Assembly (NCBI RefSeq): GCF_000315625.1
Contig: NW_005434669.1
Span: forward strand, 1 to 64,000
Reading direction: 5' to 3'
Length of the DNA: 64,000 nucleotides
Source: Guillardia theta CCMP2712
Taxonomy: Eukaryota; Protista; Cryptophyta
A model generated the notes under the pieces. The model was not told the DNA's origin, did no database searches, and was given only the letters and a program-made list of their open reading frames with translations. The position numbers and the translations under genes were made by a program. Positions 12,267 to 24,224 of the stretch are shown here, in pieces. Position 1 is the first letter of the stretch, and every line of letters begins with the position of its first letter.

Positions 12267-13865
12267 TCAAGCTGCATACTGCCAGATCTTGATGACCATT
12301 TGGCTCTCTTGATTGCAAACAGGGCAGCGGTTGGAGAATTGAGTACTGCACTCAAGACAGACGCATTGATGACCACATGGAATGTAAGCGTGCGATGCAA
12401 ATGAATTCATGCAAATCACACATCCATTGCTGGGATCTTCGACCGATTGGCTTGATTCGGTCTTTTCGTCGTTTTCTTGCGACTCTTGCATCTCTGCTTG
12501 ATCTTTGGTCTTGTTGGTCTGGCCGAGATTTCCCGAACCCCCGCCACTCTTGTTGTCTGTTTTCAACTCATTGGTATCTGCATTTACATTGTCCTTCCTT
12601 TTCTGGCCTTTGCCTTTCTTAACATTCTCTTTACTTTGTGCTGATCTTCCTTCGATGCTTGCAACAATCCTTTCAATTTCATCTTTCTCGAAACTGTTGA
12701 CAGAGGATGTTTGCTTTTTGCTATTTGGGTTCAGGCGGGATCTTTCTTCAGATTTTTTCCCCAATGACTTGCTTGTATTATCAAACCCGCCCCTCCCAGT
12801 TGCAGAGAATTTGTCATCAGTGACATGCAAGCTCATGATCGTAAGGAAGGATCTTGCTTGGTTCTGAACTTGCACGGAATGAGGATTCTCATCGAGGAGC
12901 CTTCTGACTATCTCAATAGCTCCGGCTGATTTCAATTTCGAAGCAAGTGATTTGGAGGCCGCAATACTGGTAATGGCGTTTAAAGCGTATTCGATCATAC
13001 CAGGTTTCTTACACTCATCCAGCAATTCAACCAAATGCTCAACGGCTCTCTTTTGACCAAACACATCTTCAAATTCGACGCTCAGTCTGCATTTATCGAT
13101 AATTTGACAAACTCCAGCTTGTATCTTCTGGCTGCTCGGGAATCTTTTCATGGCTTGAGCTATCACATCCATGTCTGCCTCCTTCACGATGGTTTCGATA
13201 AATTCACCCTGGCTGATTCTCGCCAGTAGAGTGACGATGGCTGCCTGAACCTCCTCATCGTGGCAGGTAGATTTCATGACATCCACTACCCCTCTGAGAA
13301 TACCCTTGTCAATTATGGCCTTGATCACTCCATCAACTTCAGTAATGGCTGCTACGAAATAAATGGCAAAATAAAGGAAATCAGCACACTGCCGGTGTTT
13401 CCGCATCGAGTGATTCACGATGTCAAGTATTTCAGGTCTTGCACAAGCCTTTTCTTGCCCATTTATGGCAAACTCTGTGAGAAATTCCATGCCGAGTTGC
13501 TGCAGCATTAGAATTTCTTGGTGCGACTTCATCATGATTATGAGCAGGTCAATTACTCCTGATTGAATCTGTTTGATTCTTTGAGAAGTATGCCCTGCAA
13601 GATACTTCAAGTCCCAGAGTGCGGAAAATTGTATGTGAGTGACATTAGGATAATTCTTGAGAGCAGCGATCAACATTTCGATGCCACCATGCTTCAATAC
13701 AACATGATGGACATCACGCCTTTCCCAAAGATCCGAAATGTAAACACAAGCTTTCTCTTGAACTTCCTTGTCATATGGCTTTGCTTTCATTTCCAATAGT
13801 TTCTCTTCAATCTCGCCTTCCGAATAGCATGCCTTTTTGGATTTGACCAAAAACCCTGACCGCAT
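12267..13865 (-). CDS. Armadillo-repeat protein with C-terminal RING finger (putative E3 ubiquitin ligase), intronless
   Basis: Repeated 'GGIEML..AL..YP..VQ..A' ARM-like units; C-terminal CVIC..IPCGHQCVCLEC..CPVC (C3HC4, IAP/MDM2-like). ATG at 13865. Confidence 0.85.
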   Translation of the reverse strand: MRSGFLVKSKKACYSEGEIEEKLLEMKAKPYDKEVQEKACVYISDLWERRDVHHVVLKHGGIEMLIAALKNYPNVTHIQFSALWDLKYLAGHTSQRIKQIQSGVIDLLIIMMKSHQEILMLQQLGMEFLTEFAINGQEKACARPEILDIVNHSMRKHRQCADFLYFAIYFVAAITEVDGVIKAIIDKGILRGVVDVMKSTCHDEEVQAAIVTLLARISQGEFIETIVKEADMDVIAQAMKRFPSSQKIQAGVCQIIDKCRLSVEFEDVFGQKRAVEHLVELLDECKKPGMIEYALNAITSIAASKSLASKLKSAGAIEIVRRLLDENPHSVQVQNQARSFLTIMSLHVTDDKFSATGRGGFDNTSKSLGKKSEERSRLNPNSKKQTSSVNSFEKDEIERIVASIEGRSAQSKENVKKGKGQKRKDNVNADTNELKTDNKSGGGSGNLGQTNKTKDQAEMQESQENDEKTESSQSVEDPSNGCVICMNSFASHAYIPCGHQCVCLECSTQFSNRCPVCNQESQMVIKIWQYAA

Positions 13866-13971
13866 TTTTGCCGTGCCAAGTTGAGGTCGAAGAGCAGAAG
13901 TATCTTTTTTGGGGCTGTGTGGGATCAATAAAGATGAGCTTGCGTGATCAAATAATGTGAGCTCTGATGCT

Positions 13972-14048
13972 TCTATGCTCTCAAGATCTCTTCGCTGCTA
14001 TGCTCTCAAGATCTCTTCGCTGCTATGCTCTCAAGATCCTCTCAAGAT
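13972..14048. repeat. 25-bp tandem repeat (CTATGCTCTCAAGATCTCTTCGCTG) ~x3
   Basis: Read directly. Confidence 0.8.
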
Positions 14049-14082
14049 GTCTTGGTTATGCTTCGCTTATCAACACGCTTCC

Positions 14083-14730
14083 TGCCCCTCCCGGGCCCTG
14101 CTTGGTTCCCGCCAAAATTTTCGAAGCTCCGAGAATCCTCGGATTTATGGCCCTTCAACTTGGCAGTGACAGGCAACCCCGGCCCCGGGCCCCGGGCCCT
14201 GAGGCGGCGCCGCCCAGTACTATGGTAGTACCACATGAAGCCCGGTGCCGCCTACCCGGCCCTAGAGTTCACGGTTACTGCCAGGCTGTATACTTGAATT
14301 GACTAGTGCGGGGACAGCAGTCGGCAGGATTAGGTTTGGTTCTCGCTGTCTTTTCTCTTGATTCTCGCCGTTTGGCCTGTGCGACAGTAGTGTCATCAGG
14401 GTCAAGCCTCCTCGCCTCTCCTGATTGTCCTCGTACTGCTTTTTGCCGGGCCGGCCCGGCCCGGCCCGTGGCTCAGGCACTGAGCCTGAGACTCGCCTTC
14501 GGCGACCTTAAGAACTCTTGCGGCCGGGCGGCCTTCGAGTCACGGCCGGGGAGTTTGACTGGCAGAAGTGTAAAGTACCCACCCCCTGCATTAAATCCAT
14601 TGTTCGTGTACCCCACCCCCTGAAAGGAGTCCGAAACAGAGACAACCCTCCAGAACAGCAGCGGCCACCCGTCCCAATGTAGACCAGAAATACATAAAAT
14701 GGACCCGAATTTACGACCCCACCCACTCCC
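14083..14730. repeat. GC/palindrome-rich intergenic island, dispersed-repeat member
   Basis: Dense CCGG/GGCC/CCCGGG. Shares CAGGGTCAAGCC..CCTCGCCTCTCCTGATwGTCCTCGTAC and CGGCCGGGCGGCC with 33410-33560. Confidence 0.6.
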
Positions 14731-14861
14731 TCAGCGTGCTCCTTTATTGCTATGGGAGCGATGATATGCACAGGTGGGACATGCGGGAAAGACGAGACGC
14801 CATGGTCCTGTAAGAAGATCAGGAAGTAAATCAACTACAAAGAGAGGTTAACCCACAAGGG

Positions 14862-17800
14862 ATGGAGTCTCAACCTCATCCTTTCACTGATGAATTCCAG
14901 GGCGACAATCGGATGTCTACAGCATTGGAAGAGCAGAAAGAGTATTTCATTCATTACGTCAGACGATTTGCCCTTCAGCCTGGTGATTTTCTAGAGCGAC
15001 AGATTCTAGAAGCATCGGCAAGATTCTCTGTCTACAATCTTTTGCGAAAAAGCCAATTTCATCATCATTGAGATCAGCCCCCCAGCTACTTTTGCTGTGG
15101 GCGACTATGATAGCTCTTAGCCCGAACCGTTTTCTCTTTGATTCAACTCTCTGGGACTCAAATTCCGTCACTCTGCATTCTCGTTTCGCCAGATTTTCAG
15201 TGCTAATGATGCGCAACGGATCAGCAGGACAAGATGTAGGCTTCGCGGGGGAGGCTGGACTTTTAATGAATGGATGCTACCTTGAGCCTGCGAGCTCTCG
15301 TCGCACGGGGGACCGAATCGTGAATGAGTATGAGCAGCCTGTTGCCTTCAACGGGTGGTTCTTGAGGAACGGATATGACTCACCAGTCACCGACATGTCT
15401 TTGGTGATTCTCGAAATATCGGAAGATGGCGAGAAGTGGAAGAATTTAGCAGTGAGCAAACCATATTGCTCTTTGATCAGAGACTCCTTGGAGTTGAATT
15501 ACGAAGGGATAGAGATGCCGACTACGCGAGGTGGCGAGGTTGTCTTTGATTTTACATCATCATGGTGTATGACACCAACCATCTTGGTTTCTGTTGCGCG
15601 GCTGATTGAAGTGTTTTCTCTAATGCTGGGCTTCCTTTTTGTATGGCATGGCAGTGATGATTTAATGCTGGTGAGTGTGATGCGTGTTTGACGCTGACTT
15701 CTGACAGCAACTGCGATTCTCAGATTTTGTGCACTGGATTCACCATTGCATCCCTGTTGTTGATCGGATCGGCCATCCTCTTTCGAATCGGCGGCGAGTG
15801 CTATGGCGTGCCCTTGACAGAAGGCTTGACGGTTCGATTTCAATTTTTCTGTCGAATTCAATGACCTGCGTTGCAGACCCTCCTTCTTTTCCCGACTCCA
15901 CTGATTTTTTCAGATATTTTTGGTTTTGAGTTTGGACTTATCTGGGCAGCGGTTAACCTGATCGACAAAGTGTCGAACGGCAATTCTCAGATTCTTTCTG
16001 AATGTTTTGTCGCTGCCGTGATGATCTCGGTGATTATGACCCAAATCTACGTTTCGCGAAAAGCTCGTTTCGACGTGAGACAGGATGAGCAACAGTTTGA
16101 TAAAGCATGGGACAGAATTTCGCGTAATGAACATGCTCATATATACTTGCAGAGCATTCAAAAAACCTTGTTGACAGTGCAACGAGAGTCCTATGAAATC
16201 TCACAGCGATTTCAAGCTGCAATGCAAAGTATAACTTCTACAAAACAGATTGATCTCGGAAAAGGGGCAGTCGTTGTCGAGCGAAATTCGCCAGCTTCGC
16301 TCAAGATGAAGAACAAACTGTTTCGTTCTACCTTCATCGACAGAGCCAAAGCTGAATATCAGGCATATTGCATCTCGAATTTGGATCAGCTCTACGCGCA
16401 AGCCATTCTTGTCTATCCCCTCTTCCTCCGCAAGGTGCAGCACATTGCTCACATCGCCGGCGGCTACTTTGCTGGGCGAGGAGAGGATGGAGCTGCCTCG
16501 TACATCTCATGGCGAGAGGCGGCAGGGAAGCCGGAGGAGGAGGCGAAGATCAAGTGGGCAGGGCTGAAGGGGTCGACAAGGGCGGTGGAGAAGATCGTGA
16601 GGTCGTACGGCGGGGACGTGAGCAAGCTGGTGGATGTGGTACGCGAGGCGATCGTGTTCGACAGCCTGCAGGACCTCAGCGTGGCAGTGCAGGCGATCAC
16701 GAGGGACAGCGAGATCCGGGTGATGCGCATCAAGAACCGCTTCGACGAGGCGTACGACGCGAGGGGGTCGGCGGGGTATCGGGACGTGGCGATCAATCTG
16801 TGCGTGGTAGGGGAGGAGAGCGGGAGGGTGGGGGTGTCGCGCCATGTCTGCGAGCTTCAATGCAAGTTGAGAGAGTTATCCATCATCGAAAGTTCTGATC
16901 AGCATTCACGATACTTGCACTATAAGAGTTGTTATTGTGACTTTCTTCGATCTCTCACTGCTGCGTTTCAGAGAAAGGTTGACATGTTTTTGAAGTCTAA
17001 GAAGCCGATTCGCGTCAAGGATATTGCTATTTCAACGCGACGAGTGTCTGATTATGCTTCAGACTTAGCAGATAAAGCACAAAATTCTTTCGACGACTTT
17101 ATCAAGTCATGCGATGGCTTCTCACGGCTCTTTCAGTTTTCGATGCTAAAGATTTCTTTGCCATGTAATATTCTTGATCGGGCTCTTGAGAACGGCTCGA
17201 ACGGTTTTCGCAATGCAAGCTGGACCAGCGTTTTGTTTTCTGCAACACCTGTAAGGGCTCTGCTATGGAAGTTTCAAACAATTTTCTTGTTTTCTCTCAT
17301 CGTATTTGGGCTCCTCGGTCTCTTTGTTCTGCACCGCCATGACAACGAGAGCATGAATCTTTTCTCAGCTCGAGCGGTCCTCTTCAGAACTGTAAAGACT
17401 CGCAATGGGACTGATGCAGCTTTGCTCACTAAGCCCTCGGTCTCTGACCTTGTTCTGTACAGATCTGGCTGTCGTGTCAACCAAACTTCAACCAAACTTT
17501 GGCTTAATGGAGCTGACGCTGTTTTGTATTCGAAAGAAGTGCTGGGGTTCAATGCCGTTCGCTTCAGGAATAATGAAGAGCAGGGCACCGAATGGGCTGA
17601 CGCGGTAATTTTTCAAATATACCGCATGGAGGAGGATTTCGATCCCAGGCAGCCATCAGTAGCCAAGAAGGATTGGACGTTGATTGCCACATCTTCGAGC
17701 CAGTTTCTCCATCTTCAGTGCGGAGAGGATGCTGTGAAGGGATCGAAAAACTTTTTGACGAGCCTTCAACGAGGATCGTTTTCCGAAGTCGATCTCCGAG

Positions 17801-19050
17801 CGACTTGGAACTTTAACTTGTTACAATATGGTTGTTACATCCCCATGATATTCGCGTTTCTTATCACAGCTCTTTCACGAATTTGCAATTTGATACGACT
17901 TTCTCAAGCTTTCTTTTGTTGTTCCATTGCGGGTCCTGGCGTTTCTGTTCTCGTGGTTATGCTGGGTCAGTGGGTGGAAGGAAGAGATTTGTTTTATGCG
18001 AATTTCGACACAATCATTCAGGGAATCTTGTGGATCATGCTGGGTTGTCTTGCTTGGTTCAGGCAAAAATGGTTCCTCTCATTCATCCCGGTCTTGTGGG
18101 GTACAGTCTTTGCGCTGTCAGGAGTCCACTCTGTTGTGATATGCGGACGACTGTCGTTTTACCTTCAACCAGACCCCTTCGCCTTCTTGTGCATCTACGC
18201 CTTGATCACACTCGCCAGATACGTGAGCAAATTCATTTCATTCAAGAAGATTGAAAAAGACCTCAAGGCATACGAAACAGAATGGAAATCTATAGTACAG
18301 ACTGATATCTCCGATCAACAAGAAATGCTGAAACGTGTGCAAGAGAATGTTAGAGAAACGATCGTTCGCCAACTTTTCGATGAAATTCACCAGACTGAAA
18401 GCGACCAGAACTTCGTTTCATCCAACCCACAAGTAAGCTTGACAATTCTGCCAACTCCGAACATCCAGCCAAGCCCAGTGAAATCCCTGGATCAGCTCTA
18501 CGCGCAAGCCATTCTTGTCTATCCCCTCTTCCTCCGCAAGGTGCAGCACATTGCTCACATCGCCGGCGGCTACTTTGCTGGGCGAGGAGAGGATGGAGCT
18601 GCCTCGTACATCTCATGGCGAGAGGCGGCAGGGAAGCCGGAGGAGGAGGCGAAGATCAAGTGGGCAGGGCTGAAGGGGTCGACAAGGGCGGTGGAGAAGA
18701 TCGTGAGGTCGTACGGCGGGGACGTGAGCAAGCTGGTGGATGTGGTACGCGAGGCGATCGTGTTCGACAGCCTGCAGGACCTCAGCGTGGCAGTGCAGGC
18801 GATCACGAGGGACAGCGAGATCCGGGTGATGCGCATCAAGAACCGCTTCGACGAGGCGTACGACGCGAGGGGGTCGGCTGGGTATCGGGACGTGGCGATC
18901 AATCTGTGCGTGGTAGGGGAGGAGAGCGGGAGGGTGGGGGTGTCGCGCCATGTCTGCGAGCTGCAGCTTGTCTTGCGCTCTTTCATGAAACTACGAAATG
19001 CGTCAGGGCACAAACGATATGTGAGCTTTCGTGACCTGCGAGGAGAATAG
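14862..19050 (+). CDS. Multi-pass membrane protein with two tandem [ectodomain - TM bundle - RelA/SpoT-like nucleotidyltransferase (SYNTH)] modules
   Basis: ORFs 15068-15691 and 15871-19050 are joined by short introns. Both modules carry LKG..RAVEKIVRSY, LVDVVR..IVFD, RIKNRF, GYRDV.IN, HVCELQ and H.RY motifs, plus several hydrophobic helices. Confidence 0.8.
16382..16856 (+). repeat. Internal duplication copy 1 (475 bp), encoding the SYNTH-like domain
   Basis: Identical to 18488-18962 except G16773/T18879 (synonymous Ala). Confidence 0.95.
18488..18962 (+). repeat. Internal duplication copy 2 (475 bp), encoding the SYNTH-like domain
   Basis: Offset 2106 bp (702 codons) from copy 1. Confidence 0.95.
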
Positions 19051-19261
19051 AAGAGAAATAGACCTTGACTGATAGGGGAGATACCCAACAGCTCTTACTG
19101 TGTAGTAGAAGTAAACTCTCTACACTTTCATGCAGGTCTCGAGTCGATCAAACTCTTCACATCTCATCAGTTATAATTCTCATTGTCTTGGCAGCGTGGT
19201 CGCGTCCGCCTCGTTACAGATGGAAACCGTAACAGCCGTTTTTAATGCCTGGGGCTCCGAG

Positions 19262-19415
19262 GCAGGGACGGCAGCGACGAGGAGAATGACAGGGGGAGGG
19301 CAGCGACGAGGAGAGGGAGAGAGGGAGGGAGGGAGAGGGAGGGCAGCGACGAGGAGAATGACGGGGGGAGGGCAGCGACGAGGAGAGAGAGAGAGAGGAA
19401 GGGCAGCGACGTGGA
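19262..19415. repeat. Purine-rich repeat (GGCAGCGACGAGGAGA units)
   Basis: About five GGCAGCGACG units separated by GA-rich spacers. Confidence 0.7.
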
Positions 19416-19708
19416 GATGCTGTAGGATTGATAGCATGCTGGGTGAGAGAAGAAGACAACAGGGGAGGGTGATGCAGGAGTACAGCACCTAGGCTCAACA
19501 CGAGAGGTATCTGCTCAGTTTCACCGCTTTACACAGCTTTGTAATGATGATTGAGGAGATGGGTTTCGTTTTCATTCGAGAGCTTGTGAAGAAAGAGAAT
19601 AGCAGGACCATTCTTGTGACTCTGAATCTCACTTCAACAATTGGCTCTGATCGAAACCTGCATAGGTTTACTCACTCATCTAAAGCTTCGAGTGGAAGAT
19701 TACTGGTA

Positions 19709-20308
19709 ATGGGCGAATCTCAGAAGGAAATCAAGTTTGATGAGGTACGTTCAGTGTAATTCTTGATTACTGAATGACAAACGTGCAGGTTGCTTTGAAT
19801 CTTATAAGGGCAGAAACTATCCGGAAAGAGCGCAAGAATGCACGCCTAAACGAGACTTTTCGTCTTAATCCCAAGAATCTTGTCAATAGTATGGTCACTG
19901 GAAAGCCGAATGAAGACCTGCAGAGGTTTGGTGAAGCATCAGGAGCGTCGCACGACATCATGGGTCTGTTTGCCCTACATGTTCATTTCTGAGTCGCTTT
20001 CTCGTAGAGGAGTTGGACAAGACAATCAAAGAGACTCGCAAGGTTCCGACGGAGAAGTATGCTGCTCCCATCACAAGCAGCCATGAAATTGGATGGTTTA
20101 GCACGCCTCTGGTTCTCCAAGAAAACAAGATTCCGGTGACTGACGGACAGCGGCAGATGAAGCAACGAATCTCAGTTGGGCTCAAGAGCAACGAAATAAC
20201 AAGCTACGCAGCTTGTGAGTTGTGCGAGTGTTTCTGCTTTTCCCTGACTTCATCACAGTGTACACTGCGGCCATGGGGAGAAACCCGTTCGCAGCGCGCG
20301 ACAAATAA
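19709..20308 (+). CDS. CFAP144: FAM183/CFAP144-like cilia microtubule inner protein, multi-exon
   Basis: Spliced product MGESQKEIKFDEVALNLIRAETIRKE..FRLNP..PTEKYAAPITSSHEIGW..GRNPF; the P..KY..P.T...EIGW signature matches FAM183. Confidence 0.75.
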
Positions 20309-20531
20309 GATTCGCTATTCGTTTATCAATTCGGAACGCCGTTAGGAAAGTAGATAACAAGCGACTAACAAACAGTTTCATAATACAATTTCTAAGCTAA
20401 ATCCCAGATGCAAATCCAGGAGTTTAAAGTGAGGCTTCAAGACAAGCCCAAGAGCCTAGCTCTTGTCAAAGCATCAAGTACAAGACGATACCCCCCCCTC
20501 TTCCCCCCCCCTTTCAAGGAGACAACAACAA

Positions 20532-22518
20532 TTACAGAGCCCTCTCTGCACAGCTGCTGGGGATGACGCATACGTGCTGCCCAACCACCAACGGTTGTAA
20601 GGGTGTAATGTCCTGGTTCATGTCCAGGATGAGCCGCATGGTCGTACCAAATTTCGCCGCGAGCTTCTCCAGAGTATCACCCGGATTGATGAGCACGAGC
20701 TGACCGACGTTGATTAGCTGCCCGGCAGTGATCCCCCCCTCAAGTCCATAGCCTTCTGGCTTCGAGATACCCTTGTTCAGCGCCCACAGTTGCAGCCAAC
20801 TCGTGCTGAAGTTTGCTGCAATCGATTTAAGAGTATCCCCAGTCCTCACCATGTAAAGACACTTTGGTATCCTCAGTTCAAAGCAAACCTGTGAGGAACC
20901 TCCTCCGTTCTTGCCGTTGAGGTAATCAGATGCCTGGAAGCAGAAGTCGCGTACTTCCCCGCCTGACTTTGGAGGAGGCACCCAAGTCACATTCATCGAA
21001 ACAATATTAGATTGTGAGTTTGAATCCCGATACACAGGCGTTACAGCAGCTCCCGACCTGCAATGAATCAAAGAGAAATCGTTCAGTATGACACTAATTG
21101 TAGAAACATCAAATCAACTCACGGCAAACCAATCGGCGTGATGGTGATGTTGTCAGCTAGATTCATATCCTTTGCAACCAGTTCATACGTCCATGTTTGA
21201 CCCATGAAGATGTACTCTTCAACTCTGCTCTGCTTTGGGTTCTCCCACACAGGTCCGTGATCTTGTCTCATGTAGAAGTCAATACACGATTGTGCCGATC
21301 CGATGGGATTAGTACTATTCACGAAGACTTGAAGACATATTACAGTCCAACTATCCATGATGGCAGGAACGGTCCAAACGACCGAAGCTTCATACCCTGT
21401 ATAGCCTCCCCGCACGTTCGAGAGCATGGGATTGACGTCACTCACAACAAACCCATCAGGCACACTGCTGGTTAACAATCTCAACGACACTGGATCGGCA
21501 CCAGGCATCATGAACCGAAGCACGTACTGATAAGTGTACATCTTGTACGCTTCGTTCACTGCAGGATAAGCATCTATTCCTTGACTGAAGTTGCTGTCAT
21601 ATACTGGAATCGAAGTCTGCACACCAAATATTTGAAGTTCGAAGTCCGCTACTGCCTTCGTGTTATGCTCGGCATCAGTGACTTCGACTTGCATCCAATA
21701 CAGATTTTCTGCTGCAGCAGTAGATTTGGCAAGATCAGTCATGTTGACCCACATTGCTCCCGTCGTTTGGTTAATGTAAAGTCCATTCGCGTTCCAGAAG
21801 GTCTCATTCCTTAAAAACCACACGAAGCGGGATGCATTTTGTGATTGCAGCGGGTGTGGACCAGAATCATAAGCAGTGAGATAGAAAGGGGTCAACGCAT
21901 CTGTCTGCAAGATAACTCTTGGCAAGATGGCAAAGTGCGGTGTAAAAAGAATGGCATCTGACATCAGAACCTCACTTGAAACGTTGAAGTAGCCATCATT
22001 CCTGTTTAGCACAGACTGTGATCGACAACAGCCTGAGAAATATGCCACGTAATTCTGAGAAACATCTGCATATTCGTGTTCAATTACGGCTTCACCTCTC
22101 CACATTTTCAGTTCATTGTCCACAAGCAAAACTTTTGTTAACACGATGCTGGACTGTCCATCTCCAAAATTTAGAACGGGATTGCCAAGCCCTTGGATTC
22201 GAATTGTGTCCCCCACAGCGATCTGTTGATTCTGCGTTTGGTACTTGAAAGGTAAGAACTCTGTGCTCCAGGCACTCACCTAAATTAAAGTCACAAGCCG
22301 AAACAACATCGAGAAAAAACAAGTGCAGTCACCAAGGTAAAGCGAACGTAGCTTGAAGGGAGGTCAGCTGGTTTACTCCAACTCAAGGAAGCATATTTGA
22401 AATGACCTCCTAGATTGCATCGATATCAGATCATTCCAATACTCTGATGCAAAGAGGACACACCTTCAGCTGGGTGTTGAACCAACATCACAAGTAGAAT
22501 CCACAAAAGCTGTTTCAT
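20532..22518 (-). CDS. Secreted protein with beta-sandwich/cadherin-like region and two C-terminal LysM domains
   Basis: Signal MKQLLWILLVMLVQHPAE at 22518. LysM1 YMVRTGDTLKSIAANFSTSWLQLWALN; LysM2 INPGDTLEKLAAKFGTTMRLILDMN. Confidence 0.8.
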
Positions 22519-23029
22519 TATGTTTTGGCCTTGTATTGTCATGTTTGCCTTGCAGGAAGGGACCAGCTCATCTGGACGGTACAACGTCAGATGCTAGGTG
22601 AAGATCAATGCTGCTTCGAACGATCAAGAAGATCCATAGAATTTCATAAAATTTCCAGATATTCATATCTTGGAATTCTGTCAACTATCCTTTTCACACG
22701 AAAAGACACATCTGACGAACACAATACTGAACTCTTTTCATGCCTACACGTGAAAAAATTCGTGACGTACACAGAGATTCCTCAATGAACGACAGTGCTA
22801 GGTACAAAAGTCCTTCAGAATTCTCCCCCTGATTTCCAAAATTGCACAACTAGGGTGTTAACAAGAAGAAGATATTCACATCGAAGAGTTTCTACAGGAA
22901 TATGACATCATTCCATCACGAGTAGAAAAGGAAGGAGACCAGCATTGAGAATGAAGCAGGAAACATGTGATCGACATCACTCTCATCTCCATTCCCCCTC
23001 CTCTCACCGCCTTCGCGGACGATTCCACA

Positions 23030-23985
23030 CCATGGCTTCCCGGTCTGTGAGGTTAAGGGATCGGGGAGAAGGCAACACAGGGTAGGGTACAGAGAGGGAA
23101 GGGGTGGGTACCCACACCCCTCAAAACCTCAAAGCAAAAAAGGTCGGTGGGGTCCAACGATACCGGCACTTCGAGAATCCCTTCAGGCATAGAGATTTCA
23201 TATTTTAATCTTTAAGTAAAAAGGCTTATCTACCTTTCACCTGCACCTCACACTGTTCGTTGGTTCAACCACGATCGGTGCGTCTTCCCTGAGGAGAATT
23301 TCAAACATGCAGGTAGACAACAGGGGTGGTGGGTGGAGGTAGGCCAACCGACTGGACAGGGGTGGGTGATTAACAGCGGCCTACGATGGGAAGGGACATA
23401 TCGGTTACAAACCGTTGCATTTATTGGCAGTCACTCAGCCGGGCCCGGCCCGGCGGCCGCCGCGACTGAGAGTCCGACGCCGGGCCGGGCCGAGAGTCGC
23501 ACCGGCGTGAACGAGGCCGGTGATCAGTGAGGCATCGGATCCGATCAATGATGGCACCTTGCGACCGTCGGATAGGCTGGCCGCCCCGGGCCGGCCTAAT
23601 GCCGTGGTGCGGGGCAAAACTCCCGGGACTCGAGCCTGTGAACCGTTTGAAGGTATCAGTTAAGTTAACCGAGTTTGAGTAAACTTTCAGCCGTACAGCG
23701 GCCTGTGACGGGCAGCCTGCCTACGGCGCCCCGGGTATCAGGCCCGGCGCGGTGCCGCGGCCCAGTGCCACCGACGGTGGGCCCGGCCCGGCCTACCGTA
23801 CAGTGAGTGAGTCACTGAAACTACGGACTGTCATACCAGCTCCGAGCGGGGACCCCACCACCCCACTTCCCCATCACCGGGCTGGCGGCTGGCGGGGTCC
23901 GATGGTGATCGCTAGTACTACCTACCCTAGGAACGGTTATCGTCATCATGTTACACAAGTACCCCCCGCTACTTGAGTACCCCTG
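23030..23985. repeat. GC/palindrome-rich intergenic island flanked by GGGGTGGG-rich tracts
   Basis: Dense GGCC/CCGG/CCCGGG; AGTTAAGTTAA and TTGAGTAAA motifs; lies between divergent genes. Confidence 0.55.
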
Positions 23986-24224
23986 GTGCTTTGTCAGTTG
24001 AGGCCCCAACATGGCGCGAGGGATTGCAGAGTGCGTCTGAGAGGCTCAAGGGAAAGAGCAGAGGAAGCACGGACAAACAGTGAAACAATCGAAACATCGT
24101 GACAAACAACTGCTCTCAGACAAATAAATTCAAAACTGCTTCTTCCTCGTCTTGTTTCGACGAGGGCATTTGAGGTAAAGCAGCAGCGGTTGGAAAGGAA
24201 CTGAGCCTTTTGAAACAATCCATC

